A DNA stretch of 64,000 nucleotides, from contig CAVYGB010000010.1 of NCBI GenBank assembly GCA_963767925.1, forward strand, positions 544,001 through 608,000, given 5' to 3'. The notes under the pieces were generated by a model, which was not told where the DNA came from, did not search any database, and worked only from the letters and a program-made list of their open reading frames with translations. Both the position numbers and the translations under genes were made by a program. The DNA comes from an uncultured delta proteobacterium (GTDB taxonomy: Bacteria > Myxococcota_A > Polyangia > Fen-1088). Positions 1-11,189 of this stretch are shown here, piece by piece; position 1 is the stretch's first letter; every line of letters starts with the position of its first letter.

Positions 1-660
1 AACCGCTCGGTTGCGCCACGGCTTCCTAAGGTGAAGACGCCGGATCCGAAGTGGGACTTCCTATCGCCCGCCGAGAGCGCCCAGCTCCTGGCGGCCGAGC
101 GCGATCCGGCTAGGCGCACGCTCCTCCTGTTCGCGCTGCGGACCGGGGCACGGGCGGGGGAGCAACTGGCGCTGGAGTGGGGTGACGTCGACTTCGCCAA
201 CAAGCAGGTGGTGCTGCGGCGGTCGATGGCACTCGGTCAGGTGGTGCCGACGAAATCGGGGCGGGAGCGGCGGGTGCCTCTGACCGATGAGCTGGTGGCA
301 GCCCTTAAGGCGCACCGGCACCTTCGGTCGAAGCTGGTGTTCTGCAGGGACGACGGGTCGCCGCTGACCCTGCGGCAGCTGCTCACCACCCTCAGGTCAG
401 CGTGCAGGCGGGCGGGGCTACGCCAGCTCCGGTGGCATGACATTCGGCATTCGTTCGGGTCCCAGCTCGCCATGGCCGGCGTCCCCCTACGCCAGGTCCA
501 GGTCTGGCTCGGCCACTCCAGCATCGTGACCACCCAGCGGTACGTCCACCTGGCACCGGGAGGCGGCCGAGAGCTCATCTCGGCGCTCGACACCACCGCC
601 GGCCGTGCAAACCAGGTGCAAACGGATCCGGCGCCTAAACACCAAGTAGCGACAACCTAA
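1..660 (+). CDS. Tyrosine recombinase / phage integrase, 5'-partial (frame open from window edge)
   Basis: Frame 1 is open from base 1. Catalytic set present: R (LRTGARAGE), K (TKSG), HxxR (HDIRH), H (LGH), Y (QRYVH). Stop lies 12 bp from a tRNA 3' end. Confidence 0.92.
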   Translation, partial: NRSVAPRLPKVKTPDPKWDFLSPAESAQLLAAERDPARRTLLLFALRTGARAGEQLALEWGDVDFANKQVVLRRSMALGQVVPTKSGRERRVPLTDELVAALKAHRHLRSKLVFCRDDGSPLTLRQLLTTLRSACRRAGLRQLRWHDIRHSFGSQLAMAGVPLRQVQVWLGHSSIVTTQRYVHLAPGGGRELISALDTTAGRANQVQTDPAPKHQVATT

Positions 661-700
661 ACAAAAAACGGGTCGGGGCGACAGGATTCGAACCTGCGAC
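1..700. mobile_element. Right border of a tRNA-integrated element (prophage or genomic island); att site overlaps the tRNA 3' end
   Basis: Integrase directly abutting the 3' end of an intact tRNA. The second att copy is not in the window. Confidence 0.7.
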
Positions 701-745
701 ATCCGGCTCCCAAAACCGGCGCGCTACCAGCTGCGCTACGCCCCG
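673..745 (-). tRNA. tRNA-Pro (anticodon TGG)
   Basis: Reverse complement folds as a cloverleaf: acceptor CGGGGCG/CGCCCCG+A, D arm GCGC-AGCTGGTA-GCGC, anticodon arm CCGGT-TTTGGGA-GCCGG, T arm GCAGG-TTCGAAT-CCTGT. Followed by CCC, so CCA is not encoded. Confidence 0.97.
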
Positions 746-948
746 AGTCTTCCCTGGCCGAGGCCGGGGAAGGGGCGGAACTTACCGCAAAAAGTCCGGG
801 TTGGCGCGGGCAATCGGTGGGAGGGGCCCCCGGGGGGCTTCAGGCCCGTTGGGCGCCCGCCCGGCACGACGTCATGACCGCCCCCGTTCACCGGTTCGCG
901 ATCGCGCACGGGCACGACCCCACCCCCGTCCGGGCCCCCGCCCGCCCC

Positions 949-1857
949 TCACGACGCGAGGCGGTTGCGGCCGGTGTTCTTGGCCTCGTACAGCTTCTGG
1001 TCGGCTCGGGCCAGGGTGCTCTCCACCGCCTCGCCCGAGTGGTGGATCGAGATGCCGATCGAGATCGTTACCGGTTTGCCGGCGCAGGAGACGCGGCTGG
1101 CCACGCTCGAGCGGATGCGCTCGCAGCAGACGACGGCGCCCTCGAGGTCGGTGTTGGGCATGAGGACCAGGAACTCCTCGCCGCCCCAGCGGGCGGCAAA
1201 GTCGCTCTCGCGGATGCAGGCCATGATGGCGCGGCCTACGCCCGTGAGGACCTCGTCGCCGAAGCCGTGGCCCTGGCTGTCGTTGATGCCCTTGAAGTAG
1301 TCGATGTCGAGGAGGGCGAGGCAGAGCTTGGTGCTGTAGCGCTGGGCGCGGGCCAGCTCGCGGCGCATGGTCTGTTCGCCGTGGCGGCGGTTGGCCAGGC
1401 CGGTGAGGGCGTCGGTCATGGCCAGGCGCTGGTAGGCGGCGGTCAGATCCACCTGGGCGGTGATGTCGGTGGCGATCACGATCTGGGCGGGGACGGGTTG
1501 CGAGACCCAGCGGGCGACCCAGCGGATCACGCTGCGGCTCGGGCGGGTGACCTCGAACTCCTCGCACACCAGGGGGTTCTCGCGGGTGGGGAGCAGGCGG
1601 CCCTCGCGGATCAGCTCGGGCTGAACCTCGACGGCGGCGGAGATGGCGGCGACGAGGTCGTCGGGGGCCAGGGCATACAGAGTCTCGGGGCTCTGGCCGA
1701 GCATGGCGGCCATCGGCTCGCTCACCAGGGCGATCCGGTCCTGCTCGTCGATCACGAGGACGCCCTCCTCCAGGCCATCCGCCAGGACGCGGAGGAAGGG
1801 CAGCTCACGACGCCAGTCCACGTCGAGATTGTCACATGCCCGTGTGGTCGGGCGCAA
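949..1857 (-). CDS. PAS-like + GGDEF diguanylate cyclase
   Basis: TDALTGLANRR, LLDIDYFKGINDSQGH, GGEEF active site with RESD (RxxD) I-site five residues upstream. N-terminal PAS-like segment (EGVLVIDEQDRI). Start uncertain. Confidence 0.92.
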   Translation of the reverse strand: MRPTTRACDNLDVDWRRELPFLRVLADGLEEGVLVIDEQDRIALVSEPMAAMLGQSPETLYALAPDDLVAAISAAVEVQPELIREGRLLPTRENPLVCEEFEVTRPSRSVIRWVARWVSQPVPAQIVIATDITAQVDLTAAYQRLAMTDALTGLANRRHGEQTMRRELARAQRYSTKLCLALLDIDYFKGINDSQGHGFGDEVLTGVGRAIMACIRESDFAARWGGEEFLVLMPNTDLEGAVVCCERIRSSVASRVSCAGKPVTISIGISIHHSGEAVESTLARADQKLYEAKNTGRNRLAS

Positions 1858-1936
1858 AAGGAGGAATGCGATCCGGGGTGCGGAGGGCGCTATTTCACGC
1901 GCGGGTCACCGACGGTGAGCGGCGGCCTTCACCGGG

Positions 1937-2566
1937 TCACGGTGTAGGTGGAGCGGCTCTCAGCAGCGCGGGAAGCGCCTCGGCCAGCCGGCGGAAGGCG
2001 GCTGCTCGATGCGACAGGCGGTTCTTCTCGGAAAGCTCGATCTCGGCCATGGTGCGCGCGAGGTCCGGAACCAGAAACAGCGGGTCGTATCCGAAGCCGC
2101 CCTCGCCGCGAGGGGCCTGCAGGATGCGCCCTTCGCAGGCCCCGGCGGCCGTGGTGGTGCGGCCGGCGACCGGGTCGAAGAAGGCAGCCACGCAGCGGTA
2201 GCGGGCGGTGCGCTGCCCGTCGGGGACGCCGGCCAGGGCGGTCAGCAGCTTGGCGTTGTTGCGGGCGTCGTCGCAGGGCTCGCCGGCGTAACGCGCGGAG
2301 TGCACGCCGGGGGCGCCGCCCAGGGCGTCGACCTCCAGCCCTGAGTCGTCGGCCAGGGTGGGCAGGCCAGTGGCGGATCCGGCCTGGCGGGCCTTCGAAA
2401 GGGCGTTGCCCTCGAAGTCGGGTTCGTCCTCCGACAGCGGCAGGTTGGCGGCCACCTCGTCGATGCCCACCAGGTGCAGGCCGACCGGGGCCAGCAGCTC
2501 GGCGATCTCGCGCACCTTGTGCCGGTTGCGCGTGGCCAGCACCACCCGCGGGCGCGGCGGGCTCAT
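1937..2566 (-). CDS. rdgB: dITP/XTP pyrophosphatase (Ham1 family)
   Basis: [56 protein letters not shown] at 2566 overlaps the rph stop (ATGA). Confidence 0.95.
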   Translation of the reverse strand: MSPPRPRVVLATRNRHKVREIAELLAPVGLHLVGIDEVAANLPLSEDEPDFEGNALSKARQAGSATGLPTLADDSGLEVDALGGAPGVHSARYAGEPCDDARNNAKLLTALAGVPDGQRTARYRCVAAFFDPVAGRTTTAAGACEGRILQAPRGEGGFGYDPLFLVPDLARTMAEIELSEKNRLSHRAAAFRRLAEALPALLRAAPPTP

Positions 2567-3354
2567 TTGCTGCGGGCCCGGGCGAGGGCGTCGCGCTGGG
2601 CGCTGAACAGCTCGCTGGCGCCCCGCTGCGCCAGCTCGACCAGGCGCAGGTAGTCCTCGTGGGAGAACGGCGCGGCCTCGGCCGTCCCCTGGATCTCGAT
2701 GAACTTGCCGCCCTCGGTGATGACGAAGTTGAAGTCGGTCTCGGCGGTCGAGTCCTCCTCGTAGGCCATGTCCAGTCGGGGCTGGCCGGCGACGATCCCG
2801 GCCGACACGGCGGCCACCGCGGAGCGCAGAGCCTCGGCGGCGACGCCCGGATTGCCGCCGATCCGGCGCACGGCGAGGGCCAGGGCCACCCAGCCGCCGG
2901 TGACGGCGGCGGTGCGGGTGCCGCCGTCGGCCTGGATGACGTCGCAGTCCACGGTGATCTGCCGCGGCCCCAGCTTCTTCAGATCGACGCCGGCCCGCAG
3001 GGCGCGCCCGATCAGGCGCTGGATCTCTTGCCCCCGCCCGCCGGGGTTGCGCCCGGACCTGGTGTGGGTCGACCGGGGCAACATGGCGTATTCGCCGGTG
3101 ACCCAGCCTTGCCCCTTGCCGTCGAGGAAGGCGGGCACCTTGTTCTCCAGGGTGGCGGTGCAGATCACCTTCGTCTCGCCGAACTCCACCAGGACCGAGC
3201 CCTCGGCGTAGCGGGTGTAGTCCGGTGTGATCCGAACCGGTCGGAGCTGGTCGGGCCGGCGACCGTCCGGCCGCGCGGCAGGCGACCCGGGCCCAGGAGG
3301 CCCAGGAGGTCCGGAAGGTCCAGGAGGTGTGGAAGGCGGCGAAGGTGTGGACAT
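2563..3354 (-). CDS. rph: Ribonuclease PH
   Basis: [75 protein letters not shown]. Classic rph-rdgB pair. Confidence 0.96.
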   Translation of the reverse strand: MSTPSPPSTPPGPSGPPGPPGPGSPAARPDGRRPDQLRPVRITPDYTRYAEGSVLVEFGETKVICTATLENKVPAFLDGKGQGWVTGEYAMLPRSTHTRSGRNPGGRGQEIQRLIGRALRAGVDLKKLGPRQITVDCDVIQADGGTRTAAVTGGWVALALAVRRIGGNPGVAAEALRSAVAAVSAGIVAGQPRLDMAYEEDSTAETDFNFVITEGGKFIEIQGTAEAAPFSHEDYLRLVELAQRGASELFSAQRDALARARSK

Positions 3355-3431
3355 CAGACGCGACAAGGATCGTTACCCGCCAGGGTCCTGTCAATGACCA
3401 CGCATCTGTGCGACGATCATCGCGGGTAGCC

Positions 3432-4598
3432 ATGGACGAAGCGGATGCGCGGGTCGGTACACGGATCGGCAACTATCGTCTCACGGGGGTCATCGGACGG
3501 GGCGGGATGGGCGTGGTCTACCTCGCCGAACACGTCTACCTGCGCCGGCCGATGGCGATGAAGGTCCTGTACCGATCGTATTTCGATCAGCCGGAGATCA
3601 TCGAGCGGTTCCTGCGCGAGGCCCAGACGGCCGGGGTGATCGACCACCCCAACATCGTCGGGGTGACCGACTTCGGCGAGGCGCCCGACGGGACCATCTA
3701 CCTGGTGATGGCCCACGTCGAGGGGCTGTCGCTCGACCGGGTGCTGCGCAGCGAGGGGCGGCTGCCGCTGTTCCGCGCGCTGGTCATCGCCAGCCAGGTG
3801 GCGCGGGCGCTCGGCGCGGCCCACGACCAGTCGGTCATCCACCACGACCTCAAGCCGGACAACATCCTGCTGCAGCAGCGCACCGGCCGGCGCGAGATCG
3901 TGCGCGAGATGGGCGGCGACTCGCTCTACGAGCCCGAGGGGATCTACGACTTCGCCACCATCCTCGACTTCGGGGCGGCCAAGTACCTCGACCAGGCCAG
4001 CGCTGGCGCAGGGGTGGTGATCGGGACGCCGGCCTACATGGCGCCGGAGACCGCCCAGGACGGGATCGCCGACGGGCGCTCGGACATCTACGCGCTGGGG
4101 GTGGTGCTCTACGAGATGCTCACCGGCACCGTCCCCTTCGAGGGGGACGACCCCACCGAGATCATGATCAAACACGTTCGCCAGCCGATCCCCCGCGCGC
4201 GCGAGCGCTGCCCGGAGGCGGAGATCACCTCGGAGGCCGAACGCACCATCGAACGCGCTCTGGCCAAGCGCCCCGAGGACCGCTACCAGAACATGGCCGA
4301 GCTGCACCGCGATCTCGAGCGCTGCTACGGCTCGGTGAAGTTCCGGCGCACGCTGGAGGCCTTGCCCCCCGGGGTGACCAGCTTCGAATCGCTGCGCAAG
4401 CCGATCCCGCTCACCCAGGTCAAGCAGCCCGAGCCGACGCCCCCGGTGGTGGCCGCGCCGGCGGCGGTGATCGCCCAGGCCCCCATCCCCCTCACCCGCC
4501 GCAAGTCGGGCCGGCACAAGACCCTCCCCTTCGGGGTGCCGCTTCCGGGAGCCCCGGAGATCGACGGCGCAGCCAAGCCCCCGTCGGAAGGCCGCTGA
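3432..4598 (+). CDS. Hanks-type Ser/Thr protein kinase (cytoplasmic, no TM seen)
   Basis: IGRGGMGVVY, AMKVL, HHDLKPDN, DFG, GTPAYMAPE, SDIYALG motifs. Confidence 0.93.
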   Translation: MDEADARVGTRIGNYRLTGVIGRGGMGVVYLAEHVYLRRPMAMKVLYRSYFDQPEIIERFLREAQTAGVIDHPNIVGVTDFGEAPDGTIYLVMAHVEGLSLDRVLRSEGRLPLFRALVIASQVARALGAAHDQSVIHHDLKPDNILLQQRTGRREIVREMGGDSLYEPEGIYDFATILDFGAAKYLDQASAGAGVVIGTPAYMAPETAQDGIADGRSDIYALGVVLYEMLTGTVPFEGDDPTEIMIKHVRQPIPRARERCPEAEITSEAERTIERALAKRPEDRYQNMAELHRDLERCYGSVKFRRTLEALPPGVTSFESLRKPIPLTQVKQPEPTPPVVAAPAAVIAQAPIPLTRRKSGRHKTLPFGVPLPGAPEIDGAAKPPSEGR

Positions 4599-4641
4599 CC
4601 GGCGGGCGTGCCCCCGCCCCCGCGCGCCCCGCACGCCCGCC

Positions 4642-4983
4642 TCAGCGGGGCATGCACTGCTTGTAGGGCTCGCGCCCGGGCGGCGCGGGGATCTCCCGGC
4701 AGAACTCCCCCTCGGGGCAGTCGGGGTCGGCGTGGCACCCGGCCGAGGCCGCCAGCCAGCCGCCCGCCGCCGCCGCCAGCCCGGCGCCCACCACCGCCCC
4801 CACCAGGCCGGCCCGCGCGGGCAGCCTCCGATCGAGGCGATCCCCCACCGCCCACAAGGTGGCGCTGCCCACCAGCACCGAGGCGCCGATGCCGGCCAGG
4901 GTCTTGGGGCCCCGGTAGGGGCGCGCGCAGCCGCCCGCCGACAGGCAGGTGACGAGCAGCGCGGCGGCGGCCAGGGCACGCAT
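4642..4983 (-). CDS. Small hypothetical membrane lipoprotein with Cys-rich C-terminus
   Basis: Signal peptide ending in AGGC, two hydrophobic segments, C-terminal CHADPDCPEGEFC...KQC. Confidence 0.55.
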   Translation of the reverse strand: MRALAAAALLVTCLSAGGCARPYRGPKTLAGIGASVLVGSATLWAVGDRLDRRLPARAGLVGAVVGAGLAAAAGGWLAASAGCHADPDCPEGEFCREIPAPPGREPYKQCMPR

Positions 4984-5026
4984 CGGTCCATTGTGCATGT
5001 AGTTCGCCTGGGAAAAAAAGGCCGCT

Positions 5027-5650
5027 ATGCTGGCGCCCGTGCGCGTCTCATCGGTTCGTCTCGCGGCGCTGGCCGGGCTGCTCCTGGCCGGAGCGGCGAC
5101 CCTCGGCCTGTCGCCGCCCGCCCTGGCCGCCGAGGGTGAGCCGTTCCTGCGGGGCCCCCACCCCTTCCGGAAGGAGAACGCCCTCTCGCTCGGGGCCGGC
5201 TACGGCGTGGCCAGCGGGTTTCACGGGGTGCAGGCCGGGCTGGACTACGGCTACGAGCTCTCGGGCAGCCTCTGGTTCGACCTGCGCTTGGACCTGCTCG
5301 ACGCCGCCGACGAGCGCTCGGTCACGCCCCCCTGCCCCACCTGCGGCGAGGTCGTCACCTACGCCGACGTGATGGCCGGCTTCCGCTACAAGCTGCAGAC
5401 CGACATCCCCCTCATCCCCTACGGCAGCGCGGTGGTGGGCCCGGTGTTCCTGTTTAACCGGGGGGCCTCCGGGGCCTTCGGCCTGGCCCTGCGCACGGCG
5501 GTGGGGGCCAAATATTTCCTCTACGAGTGGTTCGGGCTGGGGCTGGAGCTCGGGCTGCTCCTGGGCGGCGCGGTGGTTGACGAGGCGGCCGGCCTCGACT
5601 CCGCCCTGCGCATGGTCGACCTGCGGCTCGGCGCCGAAGTGCAGTTCTAG
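5027..5650 (+). CDS. Putative outer-membrane beta-barrel protein
   Basis: Signal peptide, alternating hydrophobic strands, C-terminal beta-signal LRLGAEVQF. Confidence 0.65.
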   Translation: MLAPVRVSSVRLAALAGLLLAGAATLGLSPPALAAEGEPFLRGPHPFRKENALSLGAGYGVASGFHGVQAGLDYGYELSGSLWFDLRLDLLDAADERSVTPPCPTCGEVVTYADVMAGFRYKLQTDIPLIPYGSAVVGPVFLFNRGASGAFGLALRTAVGAKYFLYEWFGLGLELGLLLGGAVVDEAAGLDSALRMVDLRLGAEVQF

Positions 5651-6850
5651 ATGACCGCCGAGGCGGTGGTCGGGCCGCGCGGGCGGGCGCGCATCGCCAG
5701 CCGCCACCCGTGGATCTTTCGCCAGGACATCCTGCGCGGCCCCACCGACGACGCAACCTCGGGCGGGCCCGATCTCGTGACGGTCGTCGACGGGCGGGGC
5801 CAGCGCCTGGGGCTCGCCACCTGGGCGGCCCGCTCGCCGATCGCCCTGCGCATGCTGGGCTGGGGCCAGGAGCTGGCCAGCGGCCCGCCGCCGGCGCTCG
5901 CCGACCTCGTCGCCACCCGGGTGGGCTCGGCCCTGGCCCGGCGGGGTGGCCTGGCCCGCGAGCGCGACGCCTTCCGGGTCGTCCACGGCGAGGCCGATGG
6001 CCTGCCCGGGCTGTTCGTCGATCGCTACGCCGACGCCCTGGTGGTGCAGACCACCGCGGTGGCGATGGACGCCGCCCTGCCCGCCCTGGCGCCCCTGCTC
6101 GCCCGCCAGCTCGGCGCCCGGGTGATCGTCGAGCGCAACGACGGGTCGGCGCGCGACTTCGAGCAGCTCCCCCGGCGGCGCGGAATCATCGCCGGCGCCG
6201 GCCCCACCCGCCTGGTCTACCAGCTCGGCTCCAACCAGCTCGAGGCCGACCTGCTGGAGGACAGCAAGACCGGGGGCTTCCTCGACCAGGCCGACAACCA
6301 CGCCCGGGTGGCCGAGCTGGCCCCTTTCGGCGCCCGGGCCCTGGACGCCTTCACCTACCACGGCGGCTTCGCCCTGGCCCTCGCCCGCCGGGGCGGCGCC
6401 GTGCTGGCGACCGACGAGGACGAGCAGGCGGTCGGGCGGGCCCGGGCCAACGCGGAGCGAAACGGCCTGGCCAACCTCGAGGTCCGCCGGGCCAACGCCT
6501 TCGACCTGCTGCGCACCCTCGAGGGGGCCGGCGAGCGCTTCGAGGTGGTCGTGATCGACCCGCCCGCCCTCGCCAAGCGCAAGAGCGAGGCCGGCGCCGC
6601 CCAGCGCGCCTACAAGGAGCTGGTCCTGCGCGGCCTCCGCCTCACCGCCCCCGGCGGCCTCACCGCCGCCTGCTCCTGCTCCGGCCGCATCGGCCGCGCC
6701 GAGTGGGACGCCATCGTGGCCGACGCCGCCGCCGACGCCGGCCGCCAGGTCCAGGTCCTCGCCCGCCTCGGCGCCGGCCGCGACCACCCCGAGCTGCTCG
6801 GCGTCCCCGAGACCGCCCACCTCAAGTGCTGGCTGCTGCGCGCCCTGTGA
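5651..6850 (+). CDS. rlmI: RlmI-family 23S rRNA m5C1962 methyltransferase
   Basis: PUA-like HPWIF, VHGEADGLPGLFVDRY, KTGGFLDQ, LDAFTYHGGF, VIDPPAL, CSCS. Confidence 0.85.
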   Translation: MTAEAVVGPRGRARIASRHPWIFRQDILRGPTDDATSGGPDLVTVVDGRGQRLGLATWAARSPIALRMLGWGQELASGPPPALADLVATRVGSALARRGGLARERDAFRVVHGEADGLPGLFVDRYADALVVQTTAVAMDAALPALAPLLARQLGARVIVERNDGSARDFEQLPRRRGIIAGAGPTRLVYQLGSNQLEADLLEDSKTGGFLDQADNHARVAELAPFGARALDAFTYHGGFALALARRGGAVLATDEDEQAVGRARANAERNGLANLEVRRANAFDLLRTLEGAGERFEVVVIDPPALAKRKSEAGAAQRAYKELVLRGLRLTAPGGLTAACSCSGRIGRAEWDAIVADAAADAGRQVQVLARLGAGRDHPELLGVPETAHLKCWLLRAL

Positions 6851-6887
6851 CGGACGCGCTGCCTTCAGCCCGGCACGAGACCGGTCG

Positions 6888-8048
6888 CTAGACCCACAAC
6901 ACGGGCTGGCGGATCGGGAAGTTGCGGATGACCTCGTCGACCTTGGGGTCGCCGTCGAGCTTCTTCCACAGGGTCAGGTACTCCTGCTTGCCGAGGGCCA
7001 GCCCCCCGAACACCAGGCTGGGGTGGCGGATGGGCCACTCCTTCCAGTACATGACGTCGGGCTTGAGCGGCCACTTCTTCTTGTCGGCGATGAACGGGTA
7101 GATGTACGCCATCGCCTTGCCCATGCCCCGCCCGTCGGGCAGCTCGAAGGTCCACAGGTTGTCCTGGGGGGTGGTCAGGATCTGGCAAACCCCGGCGAAG
7201 ATGTCGATGTTGAACAGGGAGTAGCCGTAGGGCTTGGTCCGTCGCAGCTCGAGCGGGAAGCTCCCGTCGGGGGCGAGCTGCCCCGGCAGCAGGATCTTCT
7301 TGTAGCGGTCGACGCAGTCGGCGGTGACCGCCGCGTTGCCCACCAGGCGGGCGAACTCCGCCGCCTGCAGCACCCAGCAGGTCCCGTGGTTGTTCTTGGC
7401 GTCGCGCTCGGTGGTCCCGTATTCGTGGGTGGTCAGCCAGGTCAGGTACTCGGAGAACCACTTCTTGACCCCCTCGAGGTCGCCCGCCGACAGGCCCCCG
7501 CTCGCGCCGAGCACGCTGGCCGCCCGGGCCACCTCCACGAAGTGGATGGTGTCGATCACCCCGATGCTCCGCCCGGTCACCTTGTTCCGGATGGCCTGCG
7601 AATAGAGCAGGTGCGGGTTCATCTTCGTCTCGGCGTCGACGAACCAGGCGCGCAGGTGCTTGCCGGCGTGGTCGGCGAAGCGGCGCTCTCTGCTGACCAC
7701 CCAGGCCGCGGCCAGGGCCGGCATCTGCACGCTGAGGCGGCGCATGGCCTTGCGGTGGTCGTCGAAGTTCTCGGGGTTGGTCTGGCCGTCGCGCTGGATG
7801 TAAGGCCCGCTGGGGTTGGCCGGGTCGGGCCACCAGTAGTCGGCCTCGGAGAAGAAGTCGTGTTTACCCCCGGCGCTGCGCGGGCTGGAGCTGGCGGTGA
7901 CGGTGATCGGCTGCTCGCGCAGGTAGGCGCGCGCGGCCTTGAGGATGCGCCCCCGCTCGAGGGCGCGCAGGTCGAGCTTGCCGGCGGCGCGCGGCGCACC
8001 GAGCGGCGTGGCGAGCAGGAACGCTCCGATGAATCCCCGGCGTTTCAT
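6888..8048 (-). CDS. Alginate lyase family protein (alpha/alpha-barrel), probable Tat substrate
   Basis: DYWWPDP, RDGQTNP, MNPHLLYSQAI, NNHGTCW catalytic motif, ELRRTKPYGYSLFN. N-terminal KRRGFI twin-arginine motif. Confidence 0.85.
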   Translation of the reverse strand: MKRRGFIGAFLLATPLGAPRAAGKLDLRALERGRILKAARAYLREQPITVTASSSPRSAGGKHDFFSEADYWWPDPANPSGPYIQRDGQTNPENFDDHRKAMRRLSVQMPALAAAWVVSRERRFADHAGKHLRAWFVDAETKMNPHLLYSQAIRNKVTGRSIGVIDTIHFVEVARAASVLGASGGLSAGDLEGVKKWFSEYLTWLTTHEYGTTERDAKNNHGTCWVLQAAEFARLVGNAAVTADCVDRYKKILLPGQLAPDGSFPLELRRTKPYGYSLFNIDIFAGVCQILTTPQDNLWTFELPDGRGMGKAMAYIYPFIADKKKWPLKPDVMYWKEWPIRHPSLVFGGLALGKQEYLTLWKKLDGDPKVDEVIRNFPIRQPVLWV

Positions 8049-8086
8049 GACCGGTTCTTAACACCAAAGGCGCCCGCCGCGGGCGC

Positions 8087-9476
8087 CTAACGGATCCGGC
8101 GGAGCACGGCGGCGAAGAAGCCGTCGGTGTCGTGGCGATGCGGGTAGAGGCGCAGGTTCATGCCGTCGCCGAGCTGGGCGGCCCGCTCCTTGCCGAAGAT
8201 CTCCTTCAAGGCCATCGGCTCGAACTCGGGGCGCTCGGCCAGGAACCGCTCGATCACCCGCTCGTTCTCCGAGGCCAGCGTGGTGCAGGTGGCGTAGATG
8301 AGGCGCCCGCCCACCGCCACCAGCGGGGCGTAGTCGACAAGCAGGCCGAGCTGGCGGGCCGGGAAGCTATCCACCGCGCGCTCGCTGAGGCGCCAGCGGG
8401 CCTCGGGGTTGCGGCGCAAGGTCCCCAGCCCCGAGCAGGGGGCGTCCACCAGCACCCGGTCCCAGCCACCCGGCCGGGCGTCGGCCGGCAGCCCCTGGTT
8501 GGGCTCGACAGCGCGGGCCATCACGCTCGACAGCCCCGCCCGCCGGGCCCGCCGCCGCAGCTCCTCGAGCTTCTTGCCCGCCACGTCGAGGGCCAGCACC
8601 CGCCCCTGCCCGCCCAGCAGGGCCGCCAGGGCCAGCGTCTTGCCGCCCGCGCCCGCGCAGGCGTCGACGCATCCGCCCGCGCGGCGGCGGCGCCACCACC
8701 TCGGCCACGAGCTGGCTGCCCTCGTCCATCACCTCGAACATCCCCTCGCGGAAGACGTCCAGCCCGAAGGCGTTGACCCGGGTCTCGAGCACCAGCCCCG
8801 CCGCCGACAGGGCGGTGGGCCGGGCGGTGATCCCCTCCTTGGCCAGGCGGGCCATGAGCTGCTCGCGCTCGATGCGCACGCTGTTGACCCGGATGGCGAG
8901 CGGCGCCCGCCGGTTGAAGGCGTCGGCCAGGGCGAAGGCCTCCGCCTCGCCGAGGTCGGCGACCAGCCGCTCGAGCAGCCAGGTGGGGAAAGACCGGCGC
9001 AGGGCCTCGCGATCCAGCCCCTTTGTCGTCCCCAGCCCGGCCTCCTCGCCAGCCAGCCGCGCCGCCAGCCCCTCGGCCTTGCCCGCCACGCGCAGCAGCC
9101 GCTGCAGCTCGGTCGCGGTCGCCGCCGGATCGTTGTTGCCCTGGCGGGCCTCGTAGGCCACCAGCAGCAGCTCGTCCCGGACCTCGGGCGAGGGATCGGG
9201 CAGGCCGCGCACGACCTCGTCGACGATGGCCTCCAGCCGGCGGTGCCAGCGCACGAGCCCGTACACGGTCTCCGCGATCAGGCGCCGCTCGCCGCTGCCG
9301 AGCTCGCGGTGGGTCCGGAAGGACCGGGCGATGACGTCACTCGTGTAGGCCCATTCCGCACGCGCTTCGGCGGCGATCTGCAGGGTGAAGGCGCGGGCGC
9401 GGCCTCGCAGGACGCGCAGCTCGGGCCTTCCGCCCGGTGGTGGTGGTGTCGACGGTATCCCGGCCTCGTTGGTCAT
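8087..9476 (-). pseudogene. RsmB/NOP family RNA m5C methyltransferase, split by one frameshift near 8670 (possibly a sequencing error)
   Basis: N-part ends ...FEVMDEGSQLVAEVVAPPPRGR. The frame continues as VDACAGAGGKTLAL...DRVLVDAPCSGLGTLRRNPE...YATCT only after removing one base (CGG ATG C GTC GAC). Confidence 0.85.
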
Positions 9477-9564
9477 GGGGGCGACATGCTAACCTTTTTG
9501 CGGGTCCCCTGACCCGCCCCGCACACGGATCCGGCTCCACCGCGGCGCCTTCGGAAGGTCGACC

Positions 9565-10854
<1,290 letters not shown>

Positions 10855-11189
10855 TCCGGGGGGGCGCCCCGCTCGGGGTGGCGCCTGCAGGGCGAGGTCG
10901 TCCACACGGGGCCAGAAGATCGAGAGCGCCCCTGGAAGGGGGAGCCCGCCGAGGGCGCACGGGTCCGGCCCGCCGTGGCGCGGCGGGAGGGCCGGAGGGC
11001 GGCCAAGACATGGAGGTGGAGGGCCACGGTTCTGCGACGGGCAGCAAGAAAGACGAAAGTCCGGAAGTAGTCCCGCCGAAGGGTTTGCGGTACGCTCGCA
11101 ATGCGTCCCGAAAAAAGTAGCTCGCTCACAAAGGCCCACATTTCTGGCGACGGGCGCGTCCCTCGCGCCTGCGCCGGTTAGAGAACCGG

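Noticed and set aside
11050..11070. gaaagtccgg resembling the RNase P RNA 5' motif
   Set aside because: Lacks the GAGGAAAGUCC context and the 3' ACAGAA...GGCUUA partner.
11108..11128. cgaaaaaagtagctcgc similar to the reverse complement of 60100-60118 (ggaaaaaaagtagcttgc)
   Set aside because: Only two short matches in unlike contexts (a promoter region and a convergent 3' gap). Not separable from chance without a genome-wide search.
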